Source of the DNA: an uncultured Chloroflexia bacterium
GTDB taxonomy: Bacteria; Chloroflexota; Limnocylindria; Limnocylindrales; CSP1-4
Assembly: GCA_963766735.1 (NCBI GenBank)
Contig: CAVYBU010000008.1
Coordinates: forward strand, 288,001-352,000
DNA length: 64,000 bases
Reading direction: 5' to 3'
Numbering within the stretch: the stretch's first letter is position 1; each line of letters opens with the position of its first letter. The position numbers and the translations under genes are program-made. Below, piece by piece: positions 12,662-22,691 of the stretch. The notes below the pieces were generated by a model. It saw only the letters and a list, made by a program, of their open reading frames with translations, searched no databases and was not told the DNA's origin.

Positions 12662-14611
12662 ATGGGCAAGATCATCGGCATCGACCTCGGGACGACGAAC
12701 AGCGTCGTCGCTGTGATGGAGGGCGGCGAGCCCACCGTCATCCCCTCGTCCGAAGGCAACCGCACGGTGCCGTCGGTCGTCGGCTTCTCCAAGACCGGCG
12801 AGCGCGTTGTCGGCCAGCTGGCCAAGCGCCAGGCCGTCACCAACCCGACCAACACGGTCTACTCGATCAAGCGCTTCATGGGCCGCCGCTGGGACGACCC
12901 GGAGGTCCAGCGCTCCAAGGGCTTCGTGCCGTATACCGTGGAGAAGGACCCCAAGTCCGACGGCATCCGCGTGGTCGCCGGCGGCGGCCACTACACGCCG
13001 CCCGAGATCAGCGCAATGGTCCTCCAGAAGCTCAAGTCGGATGCCGAGGCCTACCTGGGCGAGAAGGTCACCGAGGCGGTCATCACCGTCCCCGCGTACT
13101 TCGACGACACCCAGCGCCAGGCGACCAAGGACGCGGGCCGGATCGCGGGCCTCGACGTCAAGCGGATCATCAACGAGCCCACGGCCTCGGCCCTGGCCTA
13201 CGGCCTGGACAAGAAGCACGACGAGAAGATCGCCGTCTACGACCTGGGCGGCGGGACCTTCGACATCTCGATCCTGGAGCTGGGCGAGGGCGTGTTCGAG
13301 GTCAAGGCCACCAACGGCGACACGCACCTGGGTGGGGACGACTTCGACCAGCGCGTGATCGACTGGCTGCTGGCCGAGTTCAAGAAGGACCAGGGGATCG
13401 ACCTGTCCAAGGACCAGCAGGCCCTCCAGCGCCTCAAGGAGGCCGCCGAGAAGGCGAAGATCGAGCTCTCCTCGACCTCGACCACCGAGATCAACCTGCC
13501 GTACGTCACCGCCGACGCCTCGGGGCCGAAGCACCTGGTCATGAACCTGTCCCGGGCGAAGCTCGAGGACCTGGTCCGCGACCTGATCGGGATGACGAAG
13601 GGGCCGGTCCTGGCGGCGATCAAGGACTCGGGGCTCAAGCCGGGTGAGATCGACGAGGTGATCCTCGTCGGCGGCATGACCCGCATGCCCGCGGTCCAGG
13701 AGATGGTCAAGGGCCTGTTCGGGAAGGAGCCCCACAAGGGCGTCAACCCTGACGAGGTGGTTGCGATCGGCGCCGCCATCCAGGCCGGCGTGCTGGGCGG
13801 CGAGGTGAAGGACGTCCTCCTCCTCGACGTGACGCCGCTGTCCCTGGGCATCGAGACGCTGGGCGGGGTCATGACCCGCCTCATCGACCGCAACACCACC
13901 ATCCCGACCTCGAAGTCGCAGGTGTTCTCGACCGCCTCGGACAACCAGAGCCAGGTCGAGATCCACGTCCTGCAGGGCGAGCGCGATTTCGCGAACGACA
14001 ACAAGACCCTCGGCCGGTTCATCCTGGACGGGATCCCGCCCGCCCCGCGAGGCATCCCGCAGGTCGAGGTCACGTTCGACATCGACGCGAACGGGATCCT
14101 CGACGTCCGGGCCAAGGACCGGGCGACGTCCAAGGAGCAGCAGGTCCGGATCACGGCCTCGTCGATGCTGTCCAAGGATGACGTGGACAAGATGGTCCGC
14201 GAGGCCGAGAGCCACGCAGACGAGGACAAGCAGCGGCGCGAGGAGGTTGAGCTCCGCAACCAGGCGGAGCAGCTGACCTACCAGGCCGAGCGGACGATCA
14301 AGGACCTGGGCGACAAGGTGTCGTCCGAGGATCGCGCGACCGTCGAGACGCAGGTCGAGGGGATGCGCGAGGCGCTCAAGGGTTCCGACACGGAGCTGAT
14401 CAAGGCCGGGATGACGACCCTGGTCGAGACGCTGTCACGGGTGTCGACGGCCGCATACCAGGCGGCCTCGGAGAGTGACGACGCTGCTGGCGGCGAGGGT
14501 GCCTCCGACGGCGAGTCCGGGTCCGCCGAGTCCGGCGAGGCGGGATCCGGCGAGGGCGCCGACGCAGAACCTGCCGACGAGACGGTCGAAGGGGAGTTCA
14601 AGGAGGTCTAG
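12662..14611 (+). CDS. dnaK: chaperone DnaK
   Basis: [40 protein letters not shown]. Confidence 0.99.
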   Translation: MGKIIGIDLGTTNSVVAVMEGGEPTVIPSSEGNRTVPSVVGFSKTGERVVGQLAKRQAVTNPTNTVYSIKRFMGRRWDDPEVQRSKGFVPYTVEKDPKSDGIRVVAGGGHYTPPEISAMVLQKLKSDAEAYLGEKVTEAVITVPAYFDDTQRQATKDAGRIAGLDVKRIINEPTASALAYGLDKKHDEKIAVYDLGGGTFDISILELGEGVFEVKATNGDTHLGGDDFDQRVIDWLLAEFKKDQGIDLSKDQQALQRLKEAAEKAKIELSSTSTTEINLPYVTADASGPKHLVMNLSRAKLEDLVRDLIGMTKGPVLAAIKDSGLKPGEIDEVILVGGMTRMPAVQEMVKGLFGKEPHKGVNPDEVVAIGAAIQAGVLGGEVKDVLLLDVTPLSLGIETLGGVMTRLIDRNTTIPTSKSQVFSTASDNQSQVEIHVLQGERDFANDNKTLGRFILDGIPPAPRGIPQVEVTFDIDANGILDVRAKDRATSKEQQVRITASSMLSKDDVDKMVREAESHADEDKQRREEVELRNQAEQLTYQAERTIKDLGDKVSSEDRATVETQVEGMREALKGSDTELIKAGMTTLVETLSRVSTAAYQAASESDDAAGGEGASDGESGSAESGEAGSGEGADAEPADETVEGEFKEV

Positions 14612-14640
14612 CGCCTCACGCGGATCCTCGTTTCCGAGCA

Positions 14641-14665
14641 CGGCCCGCCGGCCTCCGGCGGGCCG
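14641..14665 (+). terminator. GC-rich hairpin after dnaK (probable terminator, weak U tract)
   Basis: CGGCCCGCCGG-CCT-CCGGCGGGCCG perfect 11-bp stem. Confidence 0.55.
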
Positions 14666-14818
14666 CTCAATTCCAGCCGTCGCGTCCCGCCCAAGCCCCG
14701 CCGTCGTCAGGGTGCGCGAATCGCGAGACCGAACCGAACGGGATCGGTTGCGGGCAGGAAGGGGCCGCGGCTTGACCCCGGCTCATGCGCGCCCGGACCG
14801 GCGGCTAGACTCTGCGTC

Positions 14819-14875
14819 GTGATCTGCGCATGTGACGCCCTGCCAGGCAGGCCCTGCGAAGGCAACCCCGGGTGA
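14819..14875 (+). CDS. putative leaderless 18-aa uORF (MICACDALPGRPCEGNPG) coupled to ktrB
   Basis: GTG 7 nt after TAGACT (14806-14811); its TGA overlaps the ktrB GTG. Confidence 0.4.
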   Translation: MICACDALPGRPCEGNPG

Positions 14876-16296
14876 AACTCCAGGGGCGGCGGATCGGCGA
14901 CCAGCGCGTGCGCATCGAGCGGGTCAAGCCGCAGGAGTTCCACGTCGGGCGCGACCGGCGCGTGCGCCGACCTCCGCCTCCGGCCGCGGTCGTCCTGGTT
15001 GCGGGGTTCGCGATCCTCATCGCGGTGGGCTTCGTGATGCTCATGCTGCCCTTCGCAACCGCGGATGGCACGTCGACCCGGCCGGTTGACGCATTGTTCA
15101 TCGCCACGTCCGCCGTCTGCGTGACGGGGCTCGTGGTCGTGGATACGGGAACGCACTGGAGCCCGTTCGGGCAGGTCGTGATCATGCTGCTCGTCCAGGC
15201 CGGCGGGTTCGGATTCATGACCGGATCCACGCTCCTGTTGTTCCTGCTCGTGGGGCGCCGGACGGGACTCCGGGACCGGGTCCTGGCCCAGGAGTCCACC
15301 GGCGTCGCCGACCTTGGCTCCGTGACCGCCCTGATCGGGCGCCTCGCGGTGTTCACGGTGATCGCCGAGGGGCTCGGGGCCGTGGCCCTGTTCATCGCCT
15401 TCATGGCCCGGTTCGGCGACCCCGGGAAGGCCGCCTGGGAGGGCCTGTTCCTCGCAGTGTCGGCGTTCAACAACTCCGGTTTCGACCTCACGGGCGGCTT
15501 CCGGAGCCTGGCGCCGTTCGCCGACGACCCGTTCGTCCTGGCACCGATCGGGCTGCTGATCGTCTTCGGCGGCCTGGGCTACGCCATCGTCGGAGACGCC
15601 CTGGCGAAGCGCCGGTGGCGGCGGCTCGCCCTCGAGACGAAGCTCGTCCTGCTCACGACGTCGATCCTCCTGTTCGGCGGTGCCGCGGCGATCGCGGTCT
15701 TCGAGTGGACCAATCCCGCCACCCTGGGGCGGATGCCGGAGCCGCAGCGCCTGCTCAACGCGCTGTTCGAGTCGGCAACACTGCGGACGGCGGGGTTCAG
15801 CGCGCTGCCCACCGGCGAGCTGGCAGTGGCGACGCTGTTCGTCGTCATGGCGCTCATGTTCATCGGTGGGGCCTCGGGTTCCACGTCGGGCGGCATCAAG
15901 GTGAACACCTTCTCCATCCTGCTGTTCACGATCATCTCGACGGCACGCGGGCGTCCATCCGCCGAGGCGTTCGGGCGTCGCGTGCCGCACATCCTCATCT
16001 ACCGGGCCCTGTCGATCGCGCTGCTCTCGGTCGCCGCCGTGTTCGTGTTCGCGCTCGGGCTGGAACTCATGGCGGGCTTCTCCTTCGTCAGCGTCCTGTT
16101 CGAAGCCGTGTCGGCGGTCGGAACCGTCGGGGCCTCGACCGGCATCACCCCCAACCTCCCCGATGCCGCCCGCTTCTGGCTCATCCCGGCGATGTTCATC
16201 GGTCGCCTGGGGCCGCTCACCCTCGTCATCGCCCTGTCGGCGCGCGCACGGCCGGTTCGGTACCGACCGGCCGTCGAGACCATTCGCATCGGCTGA
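14872..16296 (+). CDS. ktrB: Ktr/Trk potassium uptake membrane subunit (KtrB/TrkH family)
   Basis: TSAVCVTGL, SAFNNSGF, LRTAGF, MFIGGASGSTSGGIKV, SAVGTVG pore motifs. Confidence 0.92.
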   Translation: MKLQGRRIGDQRVRIERVKPQEFHVGRDRRVRRPPPPAAVVLVAGFAILIAVGFVMLMLPFATADGTSTRPVDALFIATSAVCVTGLVVVDTGTHWSPFGQVVIMLLVQAGGFGFMTGSTLLLFLLVGRRTGLRDRVLAQESTGVADLGSVTALIGRLAVFTVIAEGLGAVALFIAFMARFGDPGKAAWEGLFLAVSAFNNSGFDLTGGFRSLAPFADDPFVLAPIGLLIVFGGLGYAIVGDALAKRRWRRLALETKLVLLTTSILLFGGAAAIAVFEWTNPATLGRMPEPQRLLNALFESATLRTAGFSALPTGELAVATLFVVMALMFIGGASGSTSGGIKVNTFSILLFTIISTARGRPSAEAFGRRVPHILIYRALSIALLSVAAVFVFALGLELMAGFSFVSVLFEAVSAVGTVGASTGITPNLPDAARFWLIPAMFIGRLGPLTLVIALSARARPVRYRPAVETIRIG

Positions 16297-16312
16297 GGCC
16301 GGAAGGAGACGC

Positions 16313-16960
16313 ATGAAGCACTCGGTGCTGGTCCTCGGCCTTGGGCGTTTCGGCTCGGCGGCCGCGCGCGAGCTGATGCGCCTGGGGCACGAGGTGCTCG
16401 CCATCGATTCCAACGAGGCGGTCATCAACGACATCGCGCCGGAGGTGACCCACGCGCTGCAGCTGGACGCGGCCGACGAGCAGGCCCTCCGGGCGGTAGG
16501 AGCCGCCGACTTCGACCACGCAATCGTCGCGATCTCCAGCGGGATCGAGACCAGCATCTTCGCGACGATGGCGCTCAAGAAGCTGGGCGTGGGCAACGTG
16601 ATCGCAAAGGCGGCGAACCCGCTCCACGGGGCGATCCTGGAGATGGTGGGAGCGGACCGGGTGGTCTTCCCGGAGCGTGAGATGGGGTTGAGGGTCGCCC
16701 ACTCGTTCAGCGTGCACAACGTCATCGACTACCTCGATGTCGCCCCGCGGTTCGGGATCGTCAAGGTGCGGCCGCCGCAGTCGTTCATCGGCAGGACGAT
16801 CCGGGACCTGGACCTGACGAACCGCCTGCACCTGACGCCGATTGCCGTGCGACGCGGCGACGAGGTGACGGTGAACCCGCACCGGGATGACGTGCTCAAG
16901 GCGGGCGACGAGCTGATCCTCATCGGTCTCGACGATCGGCTGGACGCGCTCGGGGAATAG
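16313..16960 (+). CDS. ktrA: Ktr/Trk regulatory RCK subunit (KtrA/TrkA family)
   Basis: VLGLGRFG Rossmann motif, GADRVVFPE, RCK_C domain; AGGAG SD. Confidence 0.92.
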   Translation: MKHSVLVLGLGRFGSAAARELMRLGHEVLAIDSNEAVINDIAPEVTHALQLDAADEQALRAVGAADFDHAIVAISSGIETSIFATMALKKLGVGNVIAKAANPLHGAILEMVGADRVVFPEREMGLRVAHSFSVHNVIDYLDVAPRFGIVKVRPPQSFIGRTIRDLDLTNRLHLTPIAVRRGDEVTVNPHRDDVLKAGDELILIGLDDRLDALGE

Positions 16961-16964
16961 CCCG

Positions 16965-17040
16965 CCGGGTCACACGAGCCAGCGAGTTCCCGTGGTGGCA
17001 CACGGCGACGAGCCCGGGTCACACGAGCCAGGGAGTCCCC
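16965..17040. repeat. 27-bp direct repeat, 2 copies (25/27 identical), 22-nt spacer
   Basis: CCGGGTCACACGAGCCAG(C/G)GAGT(T/C)CCC at 16965 and 17014. Confidence 0.85.
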
Positions 17041-17085
17041 TGACGATCCGCGCGACCGGTCGTCGCCGCTGCGGTAAGATCGGGG

Positions 17086-17829
17086 ATGCAACCGACCGAC
17101 CGGTCGGTCGGTCGTCAGCAGAGCGTACCGACGGCAGCACCGCCGTCCGAGCGAGGATCCACGCCCGTGCCCAAGCCCGATCCTGCCGAGCAGAGCCGGA
17201 GTCGCCGCGAGCGGATCCTGGACGCAGCGTTCACGGCCTTCGCCACGCGCGGCTACCGGGATACGGCTGTGGACGACATCGCGGGCGCGGCGGAGACGTC
17301 CAAGGGCGGCATCTACTTCCACTTCCCGACCAAGGACGCGATCTTCCGTGAGCTGATGCAGACCACCGCGGACAAGCTGGTGGGGCGGGTGGAGCGCGCG
17401 GTGGCCCTGGAGGCGGAGCCGGTGGCGCGCGCGGAGGCGGCGATCCGGACCGTGCTGTCGACGTTCGCCGGTCACCGCACGATGGCCCGGCTGCTGTTCC
17501 TGGACACGGTCGGCGCGGGCCGCGTCTTCCAGGCCGAGGCGAACGCGCTCCACGCCCGGTTCGCGGTGCTGATCCAGGGGTACCTGGACGACGCCGTGGC
17601 GGCCGGCGCCATCCCGCCGCTGGACACGCGGATCACGAGCATCGCGTGGTTCGGGGCGATCAACGAGGTGGTCGGCCGCTGGCTCCTGGCGGACCAGGCG
17701 GCCCAGCTCGAGGATGCCTACCCGGCCCTGCGGGCCGCCCTCCTGCGGAGCGCCGGCGTGCCGGCGGAACGGATCGGCGAGATCCCGCTCCCTGCGGAGG
17801 GCTGGGACTTCCCCGAGGCCGCACCGTGA
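17086..17829 (+). CDS. TetR/AcrR family regulator heading the men operon
   Basis: RERILDAA...GY..T.VDDIA..A.TSKGGIYFHFPTKDAIF HTH; stop overlaps the menF GTG. Confidence 0.93.
   Translation: MQPTDRSVGRQQSVPTAAPPSERGSTPVPKPDPAEQSRSRRERILDAAFTAFATRGYRDTAVDDIAGAAETSKGGIYFHFPTKDAIFRELMQTTADKLVGRVERAVALEAEPVARAEAAIRTVLSTFAGHRTMARLLFLDTVGAGRVFQAEANALHARFAVLIQGYLDDAVAAGAIPPLDTRITSIAWFGAINEVVGRWLLADQAAQLEDAYPALRAALLRSAGVPAERIGEIPLPAEGWDFPEAAP
17091..17112. promoter_or_regulatory. perfect 22-bp palindrome, putative TetR operator
   Basis: ACCGACCGACC|GGTCGGTCGGT starting 10 nt after the -10-like TAAGAT (17075-17080). Confidence 0.7.
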
Positions 17830-19292
17830 CCGCGGTTCACCCGACGCCCGGGCGGGTGGATGGCGCCGGACTGGGCGAGCGACTCCATCGCCTGTTCGGC
17901 GGGGCGGGTCCCGCGGCCGGTCTCACCTCGGCCACGGTCGCCGTGACGGGGATCGACCCGATCTCGCTCTATGCGGCCACCGTGGAAGCCGATCTTGAGG
18001 CCGTGCTCTGGCTGCGCCCGTCCGAGGGCACGGCGTTCGTGGGGATCGGACGCGCCTGGGCCACGGAGCCTGCGGGTGAGAGCCGCTTCCGTGCCGCCGA
18101 AGCCGCCTGGCGCGCCCTGGTGCGCGACGCCCGCATCGACCGCCAGGACGGTGACGGCCGCGGCGCGGGCCCTGTCCTCCTCGGTGCCATGGGCTTCACC
18201 GGCCGTGCCCCCGCGGCGGACGACGTGTGGTCCCCATTCGGCCCAAGCTCGCTCGTCCTGCCCGAGCTCCTTCTCTCGGTCACCCCCCGCGGCGCCACGC
18301 TCACCGGTTCCATTGTCGGAGGCGGCGTGGATGTTCCCGGGACCGGTGCTCCCGAACCCCGCGCCCTCGAACGTCTCTGGGACCAGCTCGCGGAGCGCGC
18401 CCGCAATCTCGCACCCAGCCCGAGCGGCATGGTCGCCCGGCCTGTCTTCGCCCCGCTGATCACGGCCGAGGAGCAGCCCCCGAAGGACGCCTTCCGCCGC
18501 CTGGTCGGCATGTTCTCGGGTGCGGTCGGCCGCGGCAGGATCGACAAGGTGGTCCTCGCCCGACGCGTCGGCCTCCGCTCCCCGGTGGAGCTCGATGTCC
18601 CGAACGCCCTCCGTCGCCTCGCCGCCAGCGCTCCCGAGAGCACCACCTATGCGTTCCGCCGCGAGGGGCGCACGTTCCTGGGTGCCACCCCCGAGCGCCT
18701 CGTCAGGACGGAAGGCCGCACGTTCCGGACCGCCGCCGTCGCCGGCACGATCGGCCGGGGGGCAGACGCAGCCGAGGACGACGCGCTGGGCCGTGCCCTC
18801 CTGGCCTCGGAGAAGGACCACGAGGAGCACGCGATCGTCGTGGCGGCGATCCGGGAGCTGCTCACGCCGGTCGCCGACACGCTGGAGGTTGCGCCAAGGC
18901 CCGGCCTCATGACCCTCCGCTTCGTCCAGCACCTCGTGACGGAGATCTCCGGCACCGTGCCCGACGCGCACGGCCTCCTGGCGCTGGGCGAGCGCCTCCA
19001 CCCGACGCCGGCCGTCGGGGGTGAGCCGCGGGACGTGGCGCTCGCGATGATCGACGAGCACGAGGGCTTCGATCGCGGCTGGTACGCGAGCCCGATCGGC
19101 TGGCTGGGTGCGGACGGCGATGGCGAGCTGTGCGTGGCCCTGCGCTGCGGGATCGTGGACCGGACGCGGGCGACGCTGTTCGCCGGGTGCGGCATCGTCG
19201 CGGATTCGGACCCCGACCTCGAGTGGGAAGAGTCGCGGATCAAGCTGCGCGCGGTGGTCTCCGCGCTGGGCATCCCGGGTGACGAGCGATGA
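17826..19292 (+). CDS. menF: isochorismate synthase
   Basis: KVVLAR, FLGATPERL, LHPTPAVGG, FAGCGIVADSDP..EWEE. Confidence 0.93.
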   Translation: MTAVHPTPGRVDGAGLGERLHRLFGGAGPAAGLTSATVAVTGIDPISLYAATVEADLEAVLWLRPSEGTAFVGIGRAWATEPAGESRFRAAEAAWRALVRDARIDRQDGDGRGAGPVLLGAMGFTGRAPAADDVWSPFGPSSLVLPELLLSVTPRGATLTGSIVGGGVDVPGTGAPEPRALERLWDQLAERARNLAPSPSGMVARPVFAPLITAEEQPPKDAFRRLVGMFSGAVGRGRIDKVVLARRVGLRSPVELDVPNALRRLAASAPESTTYAFRREGRTFLGATPERLVRTEGRTFRTAAVAGTIGRGADAAEDDALGRALLASEKDHEEHAIVVAAIRELLTPVADTLEVAPRPGLMTLRFVQHLVTEISGTVPDAHGLLALGERLHPTPAVGGEPRDVALAMIDEHEGFDRGWYASPIGWLGADGDGELCVALRCGIVDRTRATLFAGCGIVADSDPDLEWEESRIKLRAVVSALGIPGDER

Positions 19293-21040
19293 GTGACGCG
19301 GCGGGTCTCCGGGCCTTCGTCGAGGCGCTGGTCGCGGCGGGAATCCGCGAGGCGGTTGTCTGCCCGGGGTCGCGGAGCACCCCGCTTGCCCTGGCCCTTC
19401 GTGCGTCGGCCGGGGTTCGCGTCCGGGTCCTCTACGACGAGCGTGCAGCCGGGTTCTTCGCCCTGGGGATGGCCCGGACGTCGCGGCGACCGGTCGTGCT
19501 GGTTGCGACCTCGGGGACGGCGGTCGTCGAGTTCGCGCCGGCCGTAGTCGAGGCACAGCTCTCACGGGTGCCTCTGGTCCTGCTGACGGCGGACCGGCCG
19601 GCAGAGTTGCGGGACCGCGGCGCCCCCCAGGCGATCGACCAGGCCAACCTCTACGGTCGGGCGGCGAAGTGGTTCACGGAGCTGCCGTTGCTCGATGGCG
19701 ATGCCGCCACGCTGGCGCACTGGCGATGGGTGGCGGGACGCGCGGCGGCCGTGGCGATGACGGGCCCGGCGGGACCCGTTCAGGTCAACGTGCCGTTCCG
19801 GGAGCCGCTCCTGCCCGACGGACCCCTTGGGACGCCGGCGGCCGATGCCGGGGCCGAGCCCTTCGTCGCGTCGATTGCCGGGCGCCGGATGCTGGACGAA
19901 GACGCGCTGGGCGCGCTGGCAGGACGGCTGGCCGGGGTGGAACGCGGGCTCATCATCGCCGGGCCGGACGACGATCCGGCGCTGCCGGCCGCCCTCGCCG
20001 CACTCGCCGCCGCCACCGGCTTCCCGATCCTGGCGGATCCCCTCTCCGGGCTTCGGACAGGGCGCCACGACCGGGGCGCGGTCATCGCGCGGGCGGACCA
20101 GCTGGTGCGGCCCGGACCGTGGATAGACACGCACGCACCAGACCTCGTCATCCGCACCGGCGCCATGCCCACATCGAAGCCGTTGGTGGAGCTGCTCGCG
20201 CGCGTCCGCCCGGAGGTTGTGGTGCTGGACGGCGATGGCGGCTGGCGCGAGGCGGCGCTGGTGCCGGCAACCTTCGTCCACGCCGACGCGGCGATGACGG
20301 CCCAGGCGCTGGCCGGGATGCTGGAACCCGCGAGCCGGACGTGGTCGGGCGGCTGGGTGCAGGCAGATCGGGCGGCCGGCGAGGCGATGGCAGGCTGGCT
20401 CGCGGCCCTCGACGAGCCCTTCGAAGGCTCACCCTGGCCGGTTCTGGCCGGAGCCCTCCCGGACGGTGCCGTCCTGTGGGCGGCCAGCTCCATGCCCGTC
20501 CGCGACATGGACGCCTGGCTCCCGTCCACGGACCGCGCCATCGCCGTGCGCGCGAACCGGGGCGCCAACGGCATCGACGGTGTCGTCTCCACGGCGCTGG
20601 GTTCGGCGGCGGTCGCCGGGGGCCCGGTTGCCCTGGTGTGCGGCGACATCGCTTTCCTTCACGACCTCAACGCCCTGGTCGCCGCTCGCCTCCACGGCCT
20701 GTCCGCCACGATCGTGCTGGTCAACAACGACGGCAGCGGGATCTTCTCGTTCCTGCCCCAGGCCCAGCCCGAGGCCGCGCTGCCCGGCACCGGCCTTCCC
20801 GAGCACTACGAGGAGCTGTTCGGGACGCCGCACGGCATCGACGTCGCGCCGATCGTGATCGCGCTGGGCGGGGAGCATCGCGTGATCCAGGGCGGGGACC
20901 TCGAGGAGGCCATCCGCGCCTCGGTCGCCCGGCCCGGCGTCCGCGTCCTCGAGCTCCGAACCGACCGGACACGGAACGTGGACCTGCACCGCGAGGTGGC
21001 GGCGGTCGTCGCGAAGGCGCTCGCGGAACTGGTGCCGTGA
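19289..21040 (+). CDS. menD: SEPHCHC synthase
   Basis: CPGSRSTPL, DERAAGFFALG, TSGTA, NRGANGIDG, GDIAFLHD, NNDG.GIF. Confidence 0.96.
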   Translation: MSDAAGLRAFVEALVAAGIREAVVCPGSRSTPLALALRASAGVRVRVLYDERAAGFFALGMARTSRRPVVLVATSGTAVVEFAPAVVEAQLSRVPLVLLTADRPAELRDRGAPQAIDQANLYGRAAKWFTELPLLDGDAATLAHWRWVAGRAAAVAMTGPAGPVQVNVPFREPLLPDGPLGTPAADAGAEPFVASIAGRRMLDEDALGALAGRLAGVERGLIIAGPDDDPALPAALAALAAATGFPILADPLSGLRTGRHDRGAVIARADQLVRPGPWIDTHAPDLVIRTGAMPTSKPLVELLARVRPEVVVLDGDGGWREAALVPATFVHADAAMTAQALAGMLEPASRTWSGGWVQADRAAGEAMAGWLAALDEPFEGSPWPVLAGALPDGAVLWAASSMPVRDMDAWLPSTDRAIAVRANRGANGIDGVVSTALGSAAVAGGPVALVCGDIAFLHDLNALVAARLHGLSATIVLVNNDGSGIFSFLPQAQPEAALPGTGLPEHYEELFGTPHGIDVAPIVIALGGEHRVIQGGDLEEAIRASVARPGVRVLELRTDRTRNVDLHREVAAVVAKALAELVP

Positions 21041-21855
21041 GCGGCCTCGTCATCGACGGCCTCCGCTGGGAGGTCCGGGCCCGCGGGACAGGTGCGCCCC
21101 TGCTCCTCCTGCACGGCTTCACCGGCCGCGGCACGGCCTGGGGCGCGCACGCGGCCGCCTTCGCCCGTTCCTTCCACGTGATCACCGTCGATCTCCCCGG
21201 CCATGGCCGCTCGGGCACGGGGGCGCCGGCCCGCATGACGATCGAGCGGACAGCGGACGACCTCGCCGCGATCCTCCGGCAGACGGGCACCGCCCCCGCA
21301 CACGTCCTCGGCTACTCGCTCGGCGCCAGGATCGCCCTCCGTCTCGCGGTCGCGCACCCGGATGCCGTCCGCCGCCTCGTGCTCGAGAGCCCTTCGGCGG
21401 GTCTGGCGACCGAGGATGAGCGTGCGACCCGCCGCGCGGCCGATGACGCCCTGGCGACGGGGATCGAGCGCGACGGCATCGCGACCTTCGTAGCCGCATG
21501 GGAGCGCCAGCCCGTCTTCGCCAGCCATGCCTCGCTTCCGCCCACGCGCGCCGCCCGGCTCCGCGCCATGCGCCTGTCCAACCGGCCCGACGGGCTTGCG
21601 GCCTCGCTCCGCGGCGCCGGCCAGGGCGTGATGGAGCCCCTGTTCGACCGCCTCGCCTCCGTTCGCGCGCAAGCCCTCGTCATCGCCGGCAACCTCGACG
21701 CTCGTGGCGAGCCGCGGGCGCGGCAGGTCGCCGACGGCATCCCGGGCGCACGGCTGGAGGTCATCGCCAACGCCGGCCACACTCCCCACGAAGAGCAACC
21801 GCGCGTCTTCCGTCGCCTCGCCCTCGACTTCCTGCAGGAGGTTCCCGCCGCATGA
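21037..21855 (+). CDS. menH: SHCHC synthase (alpha/beta hydrolase)
   Basis: [27 protein letters not shown]; lies between menD and menB. Confidence 0.9.
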   Translation: MSGLVIDGLRWEVRARGTGAPLLLLHGFTGRGTAWGAHAAAFARSFHVITVDLPGHGRSGTGAPARMTIERTADDLAAILRQTGTAPAHVLGYSLGARIALRLAVAHPDAVRRLVLESPSAGLATEDERATRRAADDALATGIERDGIATFVAAWERQPVFASHASLPPTRAARLRAMRLSNRPDGLAASLRGAGQGVMEPLFDRLASVRAQALVIAGNLDARGEPRARQVADGIPGARLEVIANAGHTPHEEQPRVFRRLALDFLQEVPAA

Positions 21856-22691
21856 CAACGCCGACCGCGCCCGTTTCCTGGACTTCCATCGTCGAGTACA
21901 AGGACGTCCGGTACGAGCACTCGGGCACCGGCATCGCCAAGGTGACCATCAACCGCCCCGAAGTCCGCAATGCCTTCCGCCCGCAGACCGTGCGTGAGCT
22001 GATCGATGCCTTCGCGCGGATCCGCGACGACGCGTCCGTCGGCTGCGTCCTGCTCACCGGCGAAGGCGACATGGCCTTCTGCTCGGGTGGCGACCAGACG
22101 TACAAGAGCCACGGCGGGGGCTACCTGGACACCGACGGCGTCGCCCGCCTCAACGTCCTTGACCTCCAGCGTCAGATCCGGTCCCTGCCGATCCCGGTCA
22201 TCGCGCTGGTCAACGGCTATGCCATCGGCGGCGGCCACGTGCTCCACATCGTGTGCGACATGTCGATCGCGTCCGAGAACGCGATCTTCGGCCAGGTGGG
22301 CCCGAAGGTCGGCAGCTTCGACGCGGGCTTCGGAGTCGGGCTGCTGGCGCGGCTGGTGGGTGACAAGAAGGCGAAGGAGATCTGGTTCCTGTGCCGCCAG
22401 TACTCGGCGGCCGAGGCCCTGGAGATGCACCTCGTCAACCGGGTCGTGCCACTGGCGGACCTGGAGGCCGAGGGCGTGCAGTGGGCGAACGAGATCCTGG
22501 ACATGAGCCCCACCGCGATCCGGTTCCTCAAGTCGGCGTTCCTCGTCGCGACCGACGGCCTGGCGGGCCTCCAGGAGTTCGCGGGCAACGCCACCGGCCT
22601 CTACTACACGACGGACGAGGCGCACGAGGGGTCGACGGCGTTCCTGGAGAAGCGGCCGGCCGAATACCGCAAGTACCCGCGACGGCCCTGA
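21852..22691 (+). CDS. menB: 1,4-dihydroxy-2-naphthoyl-CoA synthase
   Basis: [39 protein letters not shown]. Confidence 0.97.
   Translation: MTTPTAPVSWTSIVEYKDVRYEHSGTGIAKVTINRPEVRNAFRPQTVRELIDAFARIRDDASVGCVLLTGEGDMAFCSGGDQTYKSHGGGYLDTDGVARLNVLDLQRQIRSLPIPVIALVNGYAIGGGHVLHIVCDMSIASENAIFGQVGPKVGSFDAGFGVGLLARLVGDKKAKEIWFLCRQYSAAEALEMHLVNRVVPLADLEAEGVQWANEILDMSPTAIRFLKSAFLVATDGLAGLQEFAGNATGLYYTTDEAHEGSTAFLEKRPAEYRKYPRRP

Noticed and set aside
14700-14871. c-di-AMP (ydaO) or Na+/Li+ riboswitch upstream of ktrB
   Set aside because: I could not find the conserved motifs by eye, and the predicted promoter leaves only about 55 nt of leader
16965-17040. Mini-CRISPR array
   Set aside because: Only two repeats, a 22-nt spacer, no leader and no cas genes in the window
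19669-21855. 728-aa ORF suggesting a long MenH fusion (similarly 34996-36558, 35328-37133, 44473-46014)
   Set aside because: The upstream part is an out-of-frame overlap with the previous gene; real starts are internal
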